Shown in pieces: positions 23,182 through 34,177 of a stretch of DNA of 43,346 nt. The notes beneath the pieces are model-generated. The model made no database searches. It was not told the origin of the DNA and worked only from the letters and a program-made list of their open reading frames with translations. This DNA comes from Atractiella rhizophila (Eukaryota). A program made the position numbers and the translations under genes. The stretch is taken from contig MU271568.1 of assembly GCA_021432655.1 (NCBI GenBank), positions 1 to 43,346 on the forward strand, written 5' to 3'. Numbering within the stretch: position 1 is the first letter of the stretch; each line of letters begins with the position of its first letter.

Positions 23182-24452
23182 ATGCCTCAAGCGCAGAACA
23201 CCCAACTGGCAGTATTCTCCACCGGCGGCAAGAGAGAGTTGAAGAGAGTTCCCATTTATTCTCCAGAGAAAGGAGAAGTGTTGGTGAGAAATGTAGCTGT
23301 CGCTTCGAACCCCAAAGACTGGAAATATCCTGTCTACAATCTCCAATGGGCTGGCTCCGAATGGTCCGCTGTAGAAGGAAGCGACGTTGCGGGGTATGTG
23401 GAAGAGGTTGGAGAGGGAGTGACAAACTTTAAGAAAGGCGATAAGGTGCGCGCTGGTCTCTTCTGGTTCGATGGCTTGCAGTGATCCTGGTGTTGTTAGG
23501 TCGCAGGATTCACGGTCATGATTGCGCACAGTAAATATGGAGGATACCAAGAGTATACGATAGTTCCAGCGACCACTTTGTTTCCACTTCCTCCTGGATG
23601 CACCTTTGAGGAAGCGTCCACGTACCCTTTGGCATTCATGACTGCCGCACTCGGTTCGCATCTTCCTGTCTTGTCGCTATGACTCGTCAGCAGTTCAAGG
23701 CTCACATTGCTCAATAGGACTTTTCCAGCAATTGAAACTCCCCACTCCTCTCAATCCAGTACTGCCAGAGGATACATTTCCTATCATTGTTTGGGGAGCA
23801 AGCTCCAGCGTTGGAGCATTCGCAGTTCAACTCGCCAAGGCGTCGGGCTTGCAGGTCATTGGAGTGGCTGGAAGCGCGAGCGATTACGTTCGAGAAATAG
23901 GAGCGGATGATGGTGAGCTATTACTTCATGACACAACTTCAACTTACGGTCCGTACAGTGGTTGATTATCGAAACAAATCTTCCTCCGAAATAGTTTCTG
24001 CCCTCAATTCCGCCCTTGGAGGAAAAGGAGCGACCGTCCGAGCGGTATATGACGCGATTTCCGAGTCTTCATCCGTAGAGACCATTGTCCAATTCCTCTC
24101 CGAGAAGAAGGAAAACAGCAAATTCGTCACTGTACTTCGAACGCCCGTCGAGCTTCCGGCTGACGGCCATGTCGCTCGTCTCATCACTTACGTTAAAGCC
24201 GTTCACCACGACACCCCTTTCGAGTCCTTTGGTGGAGTGCAGTTTGAGCCTGGCGTTGATTTTGGAAGAGAGTGGTACGCGTGGCTTGGGAGGGAAGGGA
24301 AGAACAAGGTCAAGCCGAATAGGGTGAAGGTTATCCCTGGAGGATTAGAAGGTGTGGACGAAGGCCTCACTCTGTTGGAGAAAGGGAAAGTGTCGGGTGA
24401 GAAATTGGTGTACAGAATCGCTGACACGAAAGCACTGAGCCAAGAACAATGA
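23182..24452 (+). CDS. MDR-family enoyl-reductase/quinone-oxidoreductase-like protein, complete, 4 exons
   Basis: NPKDWK, GSDVAG, IIVWGASSSVGAFAVQLAK, GGLEGVDEGL...GKVSGEKLV. Introns 23446-23499, 23654-23717 and about 23913-23958. Confidence 0.93.
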
Positions 24453-25120
24453 TTGGTTACTGAGCGATAGTCAGATCCCTTGCAATGGCTCCTTTCTTTG
24501 GTCTTTCCATCACGGTTGAGTTCCAAACGCCTGTATCCAACAAAGGGAGTCGTACACCATTGACTGGCCATATTGGAGCAAACTTCCCAAGAATAGCATT
24601 GCTTTCCTGTTCTCAATAACTCCGCACCATGGTGGTTTGTGCCTGTCGACAGAGTCGACGCTTGGTTCTTACAACAAATGGACCTGGGTCAATTGGCTTC
24701 ATTTTAAATTAGATCAAGGTGTTCAAAAGGATTGCGAGTATTGAATATCCAACCGTCTCACCGTTGGAAGATGACGACGTCGGTGTCGCCCTTGCTTCCA
24801 TGGCGGGAATCCATGATGAGGACGAATTAGCCCGGCGATTTCCCACAGACCTGGTGATTGAAATCTATCTCTGCACCGGTTTTCGCTTCGTTGCTGAACT
24901 GTCTTCAGTCATCGGTTTTTTTCTATTCAATTCAGATAGAGACGTACAAACTGGTTTTCTTCTGCAGGACATAAGGAGTCTCTTTATGTGTAGACTTCTA
25001 ATGATATTGGTTAAGGAGTGAAATCAATTACATGCCCATTCATCGAAAGTGCGGCACGAATTGATGAGTTAAACAACAATCTATTGCTTTAATGGGACCC
25101 GAAAGTACTACAACACGAGC

Positions 25121-27609
25121 TTATCGCCCGCTAAACGATGGGAGACGAGGAGCCTGGAAGACAATGTCATGGCGAGAATTTAGGAGAAGAAGGAACATAC
25201 GTTAAGGATAATGCCCATAGTACATCCAGAGTAGATCATAACAAAAACAACTGTCACGGAGAATCAGGATCGCTTCATGAAGATGGAGAGATGACTTGCT
25301 CGTTCCAATCCAACCGATGTAAATGTGCGCGATTTGCTTCCAGTTGATCGACCTCAAATCCCAGTTGCAAAGAGCGACACCAATGGTGGCTCCAGTAATA
25401 CACATGGTCGTAGAAACGGGAACTACGATGAGACTTAACAAAAGCTTGGATGAGAGGGGAGCGAGCAAGACGCACTGGCGTATTGGGAGGCGAGAATGAC
25501 GGTGAGGGAGGCACCCAACTCCATGGTGAATCCTCGCGAAGGGCTGATCAAAGTGATACGGTTACCGAGAACGGCCATGATGTTGTATCCATAGGTGGCG
25601 AGACCGATGACGAGGGCAGCGGCTCCCCAAACAAGTTGCCACGTTGGAACAGGCGCTTGCTTGTTGATGATACCATTCTTCCAGGTGTAGTCTGGTCCAA
25701 GTATTGAGAAAAGTAGGGGCTTAGACGAAAATGCTCACAGATGACAGACCAGGGACCAATGGCATTGGACAAGTCGTTGGAGCCGTGAGCAAAGGACTAT
25801 CTTGCTGCCTTAGTGATTATAAAATGGTGACAAGAGAACATACAGCAGTGCAAGCGGTGACGACTTGGAGAAAGGAGAACAGATGTTCGGTCTCGTTGGG
25901 ATATTGTTTAGCACGAGCCAGAATAGCGTCCATCCTCTTCTCATCAGAGGTGCCGGTTCCAAGCTGGACCGCATGGACATCCACACTCGAACCGTGGAGG
26001 AGAACAGCGGGGACCTTGTAGCGAACGATGATCCAGAGGTTTCGAGGAAGGAACCAGGCCCCTTCGATCTGAGGCTTCTCGAGGGAAGCGAGCTTCGAAT
26101 CCTCAGGCGCCTTGTCAGCAGCAACATCAGTCGCGAGTTTGGGGCTCTTCTCATCGCTAGTGGATCCCTTCTCCTCGTCGTGGGTCGGATCGGAAGCATC
26201 ATCGCTGATCTCCTCGGCCCTCTCCGCTTCCTTGCGGACGCGGTAATCCTGGACGTGACGGTCAAGGGCATCCGCATCTGCCGGGGCAGGTCTGTTCCAC
26301 AGAAGAGGTCCATAGAAGAAGTGGTACCATTGTATGGCTGCCTCATAATCAGCCACGCCTTGACGGAGAGCAGAGGAAGACGCACTGTAGTCCTTCTTCA
26401 GGACCTTTGCGCGAACAAAAGGTACCCAGAAAATGATCGACAGAATGGAAACTACAAGACCAGTGAGGACAATGGCAAGGGCGATTGTGGTGTCCGACAA
26501 ATCGTCGAGTCCAAGATCAGGAGATCCCTTGTCTGAGCAGCAATCCCATCAGGCCATCGATACCAGTAACAGCTGGAAAACTCACAAACGATAAGCATGG
26601 TGCAAATAGCGGTGACGAGGAAGAAGAAAAAGGGGCCAAGAATGAGACCCATTCTGGTTGGGTTTGGACTCCTGAGGACAAGAAATTTCACGATGAGGTA
26701 AACAGCAGCAGCGAATCCAGCGGAGCTTGAGACGAAGTCAATGACTCTACTCAAAAGCGATGAGGTCAAGGAATACCCACAGGGCAGGAGCAATAACCAA
26801 TCCAGCCCAAATGGCTGCAAGACCCTTGGAGTCGTTCCATCCCCAGACTGGGGCATCGAAACCGCCAACAGCAACTTAGGAAGACATCAGTCAGTTTAGC
26901 GCCATGCATTACGAACGTTGCTCACTTCCGGCTCCGGCGATCGCAGAGATGATAGAGTAAGTGGTAGAGACGGGCCAAGAGAGACGTGTAGCGAGAGAAA
27001 GCCATGTGGAAGAGCAGAAAACTATTTCGCTGGTTAGCAAGGTCAGGAACTTGGGGAGCAGACTTACGAGCAACCACAAAAGTCAAGAGCTGAACACCTG
27101 GACTACCCTCGAAGATGCTTTGAGAGATGATACCGTTTTTAATTGTGCCCCTACCCAGGATAATAAGTTTTTCTGATGAAAGACGAGAGAAGAAGACGGA
27201 CGTGACACGAGCTCCAGCACCAACCGCACCAGCGAATTCAAAAATTCCGGCAAAAAATACGGCCTGTCTAAGGGTGAACGTTTTTGAGGACACGGAAGTG
27301 GACCAAGAGTTGGCCACGTCGCTGTTGCCCGAAAATGAAAGGACGTTCACGTTTTTCTAATGGATCAACTCACTTCGCACCGATCATATCTATTGTTCCA
27401 TTCAGTACAGTTATGATGAAGGGATAAACAAACTGACATGCATCAAGAACGGCGAAGATTGTGCCGAAGGCAAATAAGTCTTTTCTCCAAATTTAGCGTA
27501 TTCAATTTCAGGACAACAAGCGACTCACAATCATCTGTTCAAAGCCAGAATTAGTTTCGAGACAGTGGACTGGAGCGGGAACAAACTCACACTCGTGCAG
27601 AACAGGCAT
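25121..27609 (-). CDS. PHO89: PiT/PHO4-family phosphate symporter (Pho89-like), highly fragmented into exons
   Basis: Spliced MPVLHEYDYLFAFGTIFAVLDAYMIGANDVANSW; SFAHGSNDLSNAIGP; SPSRGFTMELG; PVSTTMCITGA. Ends GIILNAPRLPSFSGR*. Confidence 0.93.
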
Positions 27610-27679
27610 CTTGAGCAGACTCAACGGCCAGAGGTCGGAATGAATAGAGAGATGTCATGAGAGGGGACAACGAAAGAGA

Positions 27680-28084
27680 TTTATATTATTCACAAATGTA
27701 GGAACGTGCCTCCAGGCTTCGTAGCTTTACCCTCATGGATATCTTGGCTGAACTTGGCTCGTGTGACAATCCTGGGATCTTTCCCCTGCTTCGAGGTCCC
27801 AAATCTGCCAAGCTCGCTTCTTGGCGGATCGGCATATGGTGCCGAAGGCAGTCTGCGCGCAGGAAAAAGAGCGAGGAGATGGAGATGGAGTCTTCGAAGA
27901 GCTGTGCTTTGCAGCGGTTTCGTACGAAAAGAATAAACGTGTTAAAAAAGTGATTCCTACGTACGATGCTGGAAGCTTTGAGAGCTTCCAGACCAGACTC
28001 GTGCCGCACGATTGGAATGTTCGACAATCTTCTCGCAAGCTCGCCCAAACACAAATTTTCCAACGGGGTGCAAATTTTAACGTG
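27680..28084 (-). promoter_or_regulatory. PHO89 promoter: TATAAA plus three CACGTT (Pho4/NUC-1-like E-box) sites
   Basis: Plus-strand AACGTG at 27703, 27936 and 28079. TTTATA at 27680-27685. Confidence 0.45.
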
Positions 28085-28342
28085 GATCCATGAGGATTGA
28101 TGGATGGAATGTTCAAGATGGATCATCCTTTGCGATTTCTACTTCACTTGACGATAGCTTGACAGAACGGACATTTACAATCTTTCAGCGTCATGATGTT
28201 TCTAAGTGACGTTACACTCCGGTCTTTACAATTATATAGGAGAAACTCTGTTGGAAGCCCTTTCTACAGCCTCCTCCTTCAGCTCCTTCAGCTAGTAGTC
28301 ACCACTGCCCAGCTGTACCGTGTAAGCTGAGGATGATGTATT

Positions 28343-28392
28343 TCCACTTGTATCTAAAGCGCCTGCATCCAGTTGTATCTAAAGCGCCAGCA
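28343..28392. repeat. Tandem 25-bp duplication
   Basis: TCCACTTGTATCTAAAGCGCCTGCA followed by TCCAGTTGTATCTAAAGCGCCAGCA (23/25 identical). Confidence 0.85.
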
Positions 28393-28993
28393 ATTGGAAT
28401 TGACTTTGGTGAATGAGCATTGTAGCCACATGACAATAAGAGCAGGCACGGTTTAGCGCAAGAGACATTGGTTTAAACGGAGAATCTCATTCCTATGACC
28501 GTCAGACGGGATGGCTTACTAAATTACTCCTTCCTCCTTCACCTCCTTCACATTCAACATAATTCACATTAACACAATTCACATAACATGACTGCATTCC
28601 CTTCATCTCATTTCCATTTTCCGACCTCCACCTCTCCTACTTACAGTATGCAGCACCCTTTTGAACATTCCCTCAGACTACTCTTTGAATCTGTAGCTGT
28701 TGTTGCTCGTTACACTTTCCTCTTCCCACTATCCCGGTGCGGTGGCGAATGGTCTTGTACTATTCCGTCCTTCCAAAAGAAGCAATTTACATGGTTTGCT
28801 TGAGTTTACTTGAACGCGTTCCTTGTCCACAGTTTTCTAGACATTTCCTCGCGCACTCGCTGAATGACGCCACGCAGAAGCTGCGGTTTGAGGCATTGCT
28901 ACTCTGAAATCTGTAAGTATTCGTGGTACTCCTCGACAGAGCTAAGTCCGAATTGCAGCCTTCTGCCAGCACTCGCACTTTTCCACTTAAGCA

Positions 28994-31900
28994 ATGGACA
29001 GTGAAACCGCTGCGAACACGACACACGATTCATCTTATGCTGAAGTTGGTGTTGTTGCTAATGCGGCTAAACGCAATGAAGATATCGATATGTCGATACT
29101 CCCACTTCCGGACAGCAACCACCTCAATGGACGCGCGAGCACCACCATCAACGCGCCATCCAAAGCAGCCTCGTCATCTGCGTCTTCCCCACCTTTACCC
29201 GCCACTCAACTTCCTCCCCAACCAAAATCCAAAGCCGAGCTAGCAGAAGGAGCCAGCTCCCAATCTCTGAAGCGAAGTCGCTCGCGATCCGCCTCAAGGT
29301 CATCCTCCTCGTCCTCCTCAGCACAAGAGGAAGAACAAGAGGACGAAGACGAAGAGGATGCCCCCATCAGAAAGAAGAGAAAAGGGAAGCAGGAGGTGCC
29401 ACCTGTAGTGCCTCCATTTCTTTTACGCGGGACATTGCGGCCATACCAAAGAAGTGGACTGGAATGGTTGGCTGGCCTGTATAACACTGGCGTTAACGGC
29501 ATACTGGCAGACGAGATGGTACGTCCCGCTCCTCTTCCTCACGGCGAGGATACTGATGCCTCAAACAGGGATTGGTACGTTTTATTGCTGTCCGCCATAA
29601 ATTTCCCCCTGCTGAGTACGTGGCTACAGGGGAAGACAATACAAACTATCTCTCTACTTGGCTACCTAGCCTGCTCGCTGGGCATCTGGGGCCCACACCT
29701 GGTTGTTGTGCCCACATCCGTCCTCCTGAACTGGGAGATGGAGTTCAAAAAGTTTCTTCCTGGTTTCAGGATCCTCACATATTACGGTAACCAAAAAGAA
29801 AGGAAGGAGAAACGAGTCGGGTGGAGCAAAGAGAACGCTTTCAATGTCTGTATTACCTCCTATCAGCTCATTTTGAGCGACCACACCATTTTTAGGAGGA
29901 AGAGTTGGTGTTACCTGATTCTAGACGAGGCTCATCACATCAAGAATTTTAAGAGTCAACGGTGGAAGACTCTGTTAGGTTTCAACTCGCAGCGAAGGTT
30001 GCTGTTGACTGGCACACCGTTGCAGAATAACTTGATGGAGTTATGGTCTCTTCTCTACTGTCCGTATCCTGATTTCTTCTTCTTTAAACGACTGCCGAAT
30101 TAATCACAATACAGTTCTCATGCCACAAGATGTCTCCCTCACCGACGCCAACGGCAACTCTTCCACCTCTCTCTTTGCCAATCACAAAGAGTTCTCTTCC
30201 TGGTTCTCGAATCCTATGGACGCTGCAATCGAGAACAACTCCTTGAACGATTCTGAGGTTCGCTCGACAGTCTCCAAACTACACATCCTCCTACGACCAT
30301 ACCTCCTCCGTCGACTGAAGGCAGACGTAGAGAAACAGCTGCCATCGAAACACGAATACATCCTCTATTGTCGCCTCTCGAAGCGTCAACGATTCCTGTA
30401 TGACGAGTTCATGAGTCGCGCAAAGACCAGGGAGACCCTGATGAGTGGACAATTTATGAATATCATCAATTGCCTGATGCAACTCAGGAAGGTCTGCAAT
30501 CATCCGGACCTCTTTGAGGTTAGGGAGATAAAAACGAGCTGGGCCATCACCAGAGGAGTCGTCGGACAATATGCAGAAACGGAGCGCATCGTGCGCCGGT
30601 TAAGCGGTGGTGTACTGGATGGAGAAGATCGTCTGATGGAGCGAGGAGGTGGACTGTTTGATGTCCTGCGTCCGACGAGGCAGAAAGAAAGTCATTGGTT
30701 CAGACAAGATTTGAGCAGAATCAACGGCTCCTCAAAACTTTTGGAGATGTTCACACGGGAGATAGGGGAGGAAGAGCGGACGTCAAAGTCTGCAGTACCT
30801 CCCAAGGATACCTTCAACGTCGCCAACTGGAAGCGCCACTTCAAGGCAACGAGAAGGGAAGAGAAGCTATCGCGAATACGTAGCCTCATAGACGTCAACG
30901 ATGCCCGATGCACTTCCAATCACCCTCAGCACCAGCTTCCCGCCGAGATACTCAATTTCCTCACGTTTGTTCAGCCGGTTCAAGAACAACATCACGCCAA
31001 GATCTTCAGACGAGGAGATTGGAGACTTAGGGACGTCATACCAGACCTCTTCGTCTCATATGAACGGAGGGAAGAAAGATTGAGAGAGACAGTGGACAAG
31101 TTCGCGTTCGTCACCCCAGCGGTCGTGATCCGCGACCTCCCTCACTTCGCGCTCCCCAACCTCTCCGACTCTATGTCTCTTCCTTCCACGTCTCCTTCCT
31201 GCATACCAAGTCCAATTCCAAGAACAGCGCATTCCCAAGATGCCGATTTGTTCTCAGCTACTCGGCTACTGCACAACTCCTCCACACGCCTCACGATAGC
31301 CTTCCCCGACCGTTCTCTCCTTCTCTACGACTGTGGGAAGCTACAAGTGCTATCGAATCTTCTCACGACTTTGCGGAAGGGCGGCCACCGCGTTCTCATC
31401 TTCACGCAGATGACCAAAGTCCTAGATCTCCTTGAGATCTTTCTGAACCTCCTAGGACATCGATATTTGCGCTTAGATGGGAGTACGAAGGTTGAGGATA
31501 GGCAGCTGCTGACGGAGAGGTTCAACAGGGATGACAAAATTCTCGCTTTCATCAGCAGTACCCGTGCTGGGGGTTTGGGTATTAATTTGACAGGTGCGGA
31601 CACGGTGGTGTTCTACGATTCAGGTTCGTCTCTTTCCGAATACAGATAACAAGAGAAGACTAATGACGACTGAAGATTGGAACCCAAGCATGGACCGTCA
31701 ATGTCAAGATCGATGTCACCGTATTGGGCAGCAACGAGAAGTCTCGATCTACCGCCTCGTCTCCCGCTCGACAATTGAAGAAAACATGTTAAAGAAAGCG
31801 AATCAGAAGCGGATCCTGGATGACGTGGTGATCCAACAGGGAGAATTCACGACCGACTACTTCGATAAGGTGGACTGGCGCGACATGTTGGGCGACGGGC

Positions 31901-32346
31901 TCGTAAACGAATTAGGAATATCAGCTGCGTCAGATGGAAAGAAGAAAGCAGGAGGGATGTCACTCGGTGCCGTCGGCGTACTACCGACAGAGATCAAAGA
32001 GGGAGAGGCGATCCCCTTGCGGAATCCAGAGGCGTATGAGTCTGCTTCAAGGAAGGAGAAGGAGCGTAACTCAATCACTACACGAGATGTACAGGTACCG
32101 AGGAAGTCAGACGTGAGGCGGGCGTTTGCGATGGCTGAGGACGAGGAGGATGCTGCGGCAGCGAGGGCGGCGGAGGAGGAGTTTGAGGCTGATAGGACAG
32201 ATTTCGGATACGAACGACGGGACGATGAGGAAGAAGAAGGGAGGGATGAGGAGGATGAAGGCGGGGATGAGCTTCAGGGCACCATCGAGGGTTACATGGT
32301 TAGTTGGGTTGAGGAGGATTGGGATTACTTCGACAATCAATTTTGA
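28994..32346 (+). CDS. SWR1: Swr1 SNF2-family ATPase (H2A.Z deposition); exons 28994-29518, 29569-29574, 29630-30059, 30115-31623, 31676-32346
   Basis: PFLLRGTLRPYQ, NGILADEM-GL-GKTIQTI, GIWGPHLVVVPTSV, LDEAHHIKNF, LSKRQRFLYD, RKVCNHPDLFE, split insertion, YDCGKLQ, DSDWNPSMDRQCQDRCHRIGQ. Confidence 0.95.
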
Positions 32347-32493
32347 GATACTCGAGCACGTATTCACAGGTTTCTTCGTTTACAGCCATTATTGTAGAGC
32401 AATCAGTTCATTCGATTATTCGCAAAATGTACAATGTTACAACTCATTTCCTACTACAACGAATAGATAGTACACTCAAACGTCCAACCCCAT

Positions 32494-33840
32494 TCAACCC
32501 AGAATCCTCCTCAACCCCTCGATCTGACTGGCCGTCAATCTCGTCGGCCAGTCGACCTTCACTCTCACCCTAAGATTTCCCTTTTTGCCTGTCTTCGAAT
32601 TGGGCATGCCCTCACCTGGCACCTTGACTTCGGTCCCTTCTTTCACTGGTGCACCTCCTGATGGGGAGGGATACGGTATTGATACTGGAATGGTGCGATT
32701 GTCCAGGGTCTTGATTGTTGTTGGAGCTAGAGTGTTTGGTGGAGGGCCGCTTAGTGCATGGGCGAGCGGTATCGAAAGATTGTAGACTGTTTAAAAACAA
32801 CGTCAGCTTCAGGGCTCATTCCGAGTAGACCTCACGTACTTAAATCGTCTCCGTCACGTTCCCATTTCTCGTCCTTTTTCTCCTCAACGACGAACACTAA
32901 TGTCTGCTTTGTCGTCCGCCCACGTTCATCCAAGCTCTCATTTCCAGCATTCGGATACTTGATCTTCGTCCCACTCTTCCATCCAGGCTTAATTGAGATC
33001 TCAATCATCTTCTCCTCCGTCTTTCCGCTCACTAGCCGTCGAGTCGTCTTGAGTTTCTTCACTGCTCCTGAGTACAGCTGTTGCAGCGTTAGGGGCAGCG
33101 GTAAAGTCACTTCTTGTGCTGGTGAAGAAGGAGAAGGTGCAGGCTCCGTTGCTCCTCTTCGGGTCCCTCCGGCTGTCCGTCGACCACCTCCCATCCCTCC
33201 CGATGCCTGATTGAACATGGAAGCGAAAGGATGACCACCCATCGGATCATCATCGTCCACATCCATCCCTCCCATCCCTCCCATCCCACCCATCCCTCCC
33301 ATTCCTCCCATTCCTCCAAATCCCCCGCCAAAGATTCTCGAAAAGATATCCTCTGGATTACTCGGGCTAAATCCGCCGAAGCCTCCTGGCATTCCCCCAG
33401 AGGTCGAGAAATGGAACGTCTGTCCTCCTGGGAAGGAGGAACCGGAGAAACCACCTGGGAAGGTCCCTCCAGAGAACCCTCCCGCCCCTGGAGGAGGTTG
33501 ACCTTTCAGACCTTCTTCTCCGAATTGATCGTACACTTCCCGCTTTTGAGGATCGGAGAGGACCTCAAACGCCTCGCTGATCTCTTTGAATTTTTTGGAT
33601 GCCTCTTCGGTATTGTTGGGGTTTCGGTCAGGATGATGTTTGAGTGCCATCTACCGGTTGAGTTAGCCAGGCTTCATCACCTTTGAATGAGATAAACGTA
33701 CCTTTTTGTATGCACTCTTAATTTCTGCCTCAGAGGCAGATTTCGAGATGCCCAATATGCTGTAATAATCTGTGAATCCACCAAGACATTGTCAGTCAAG
33801 AATCCCAACAACTGAAGAGACGGAACACACCTTTACCCAT
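32494..33840 (-). CDS. SIS1: Type II Hsp40/DnaJ co-chaperone (Sis1-like)
   Basis: MGKDYYSILG, HPD motif, G/F and GGM-repeat regions, [16 protein letters not shown]. No Zn finger. Confidence 0.93.
33262..33320 (-). repeat. 9-bp coding tandem repeat (GGM)n in Sis1
   Basis: [18 protein letters not shown] in the translation. Confidence 0.8.
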
Positions 33841-33964
33841 GGCTGACGTTAAGTAGGTATAAATTTCGCGAATGCGTCGCTAAGCAGAGAGATTTTATGA
33901 GCGGTCGTTGTTGGTTCTGGCGAGTTCGAGAGAAGTCGATTGGTGGCGACGTCATACGACTCAG

Positions 33965-34000
33965 TTTCTAGAAGGTTCTTTGCCTTTTTCGGAAGTTTCT
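33965..34000. promoter_or_regulatory. Heat-shock element (Hsf1 site) in the SIS1/dynactin-p25 divergent promoter
   Basis: Perfect TTCtaGAAggTTC at 33966-33978, plus GAAgtTTC at 33992-33999. Confidence 0.75.
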
Positions 34001-34177
34001 ATTTGCCTCTTGTTTCCTATTTACCGAACAACACAAACCAACACGGCTTTGACATTCGGAAATACTTCTACTAGCAACCTATTTTGTTAGCCATAGTCCA
34101 AGGCCAGTCGTTTACAGAGGGAAGGGTTTCAGCGCCGTGACAGCGCGTCTTCATCCGACTGTCAGAGGAGGCACGCA

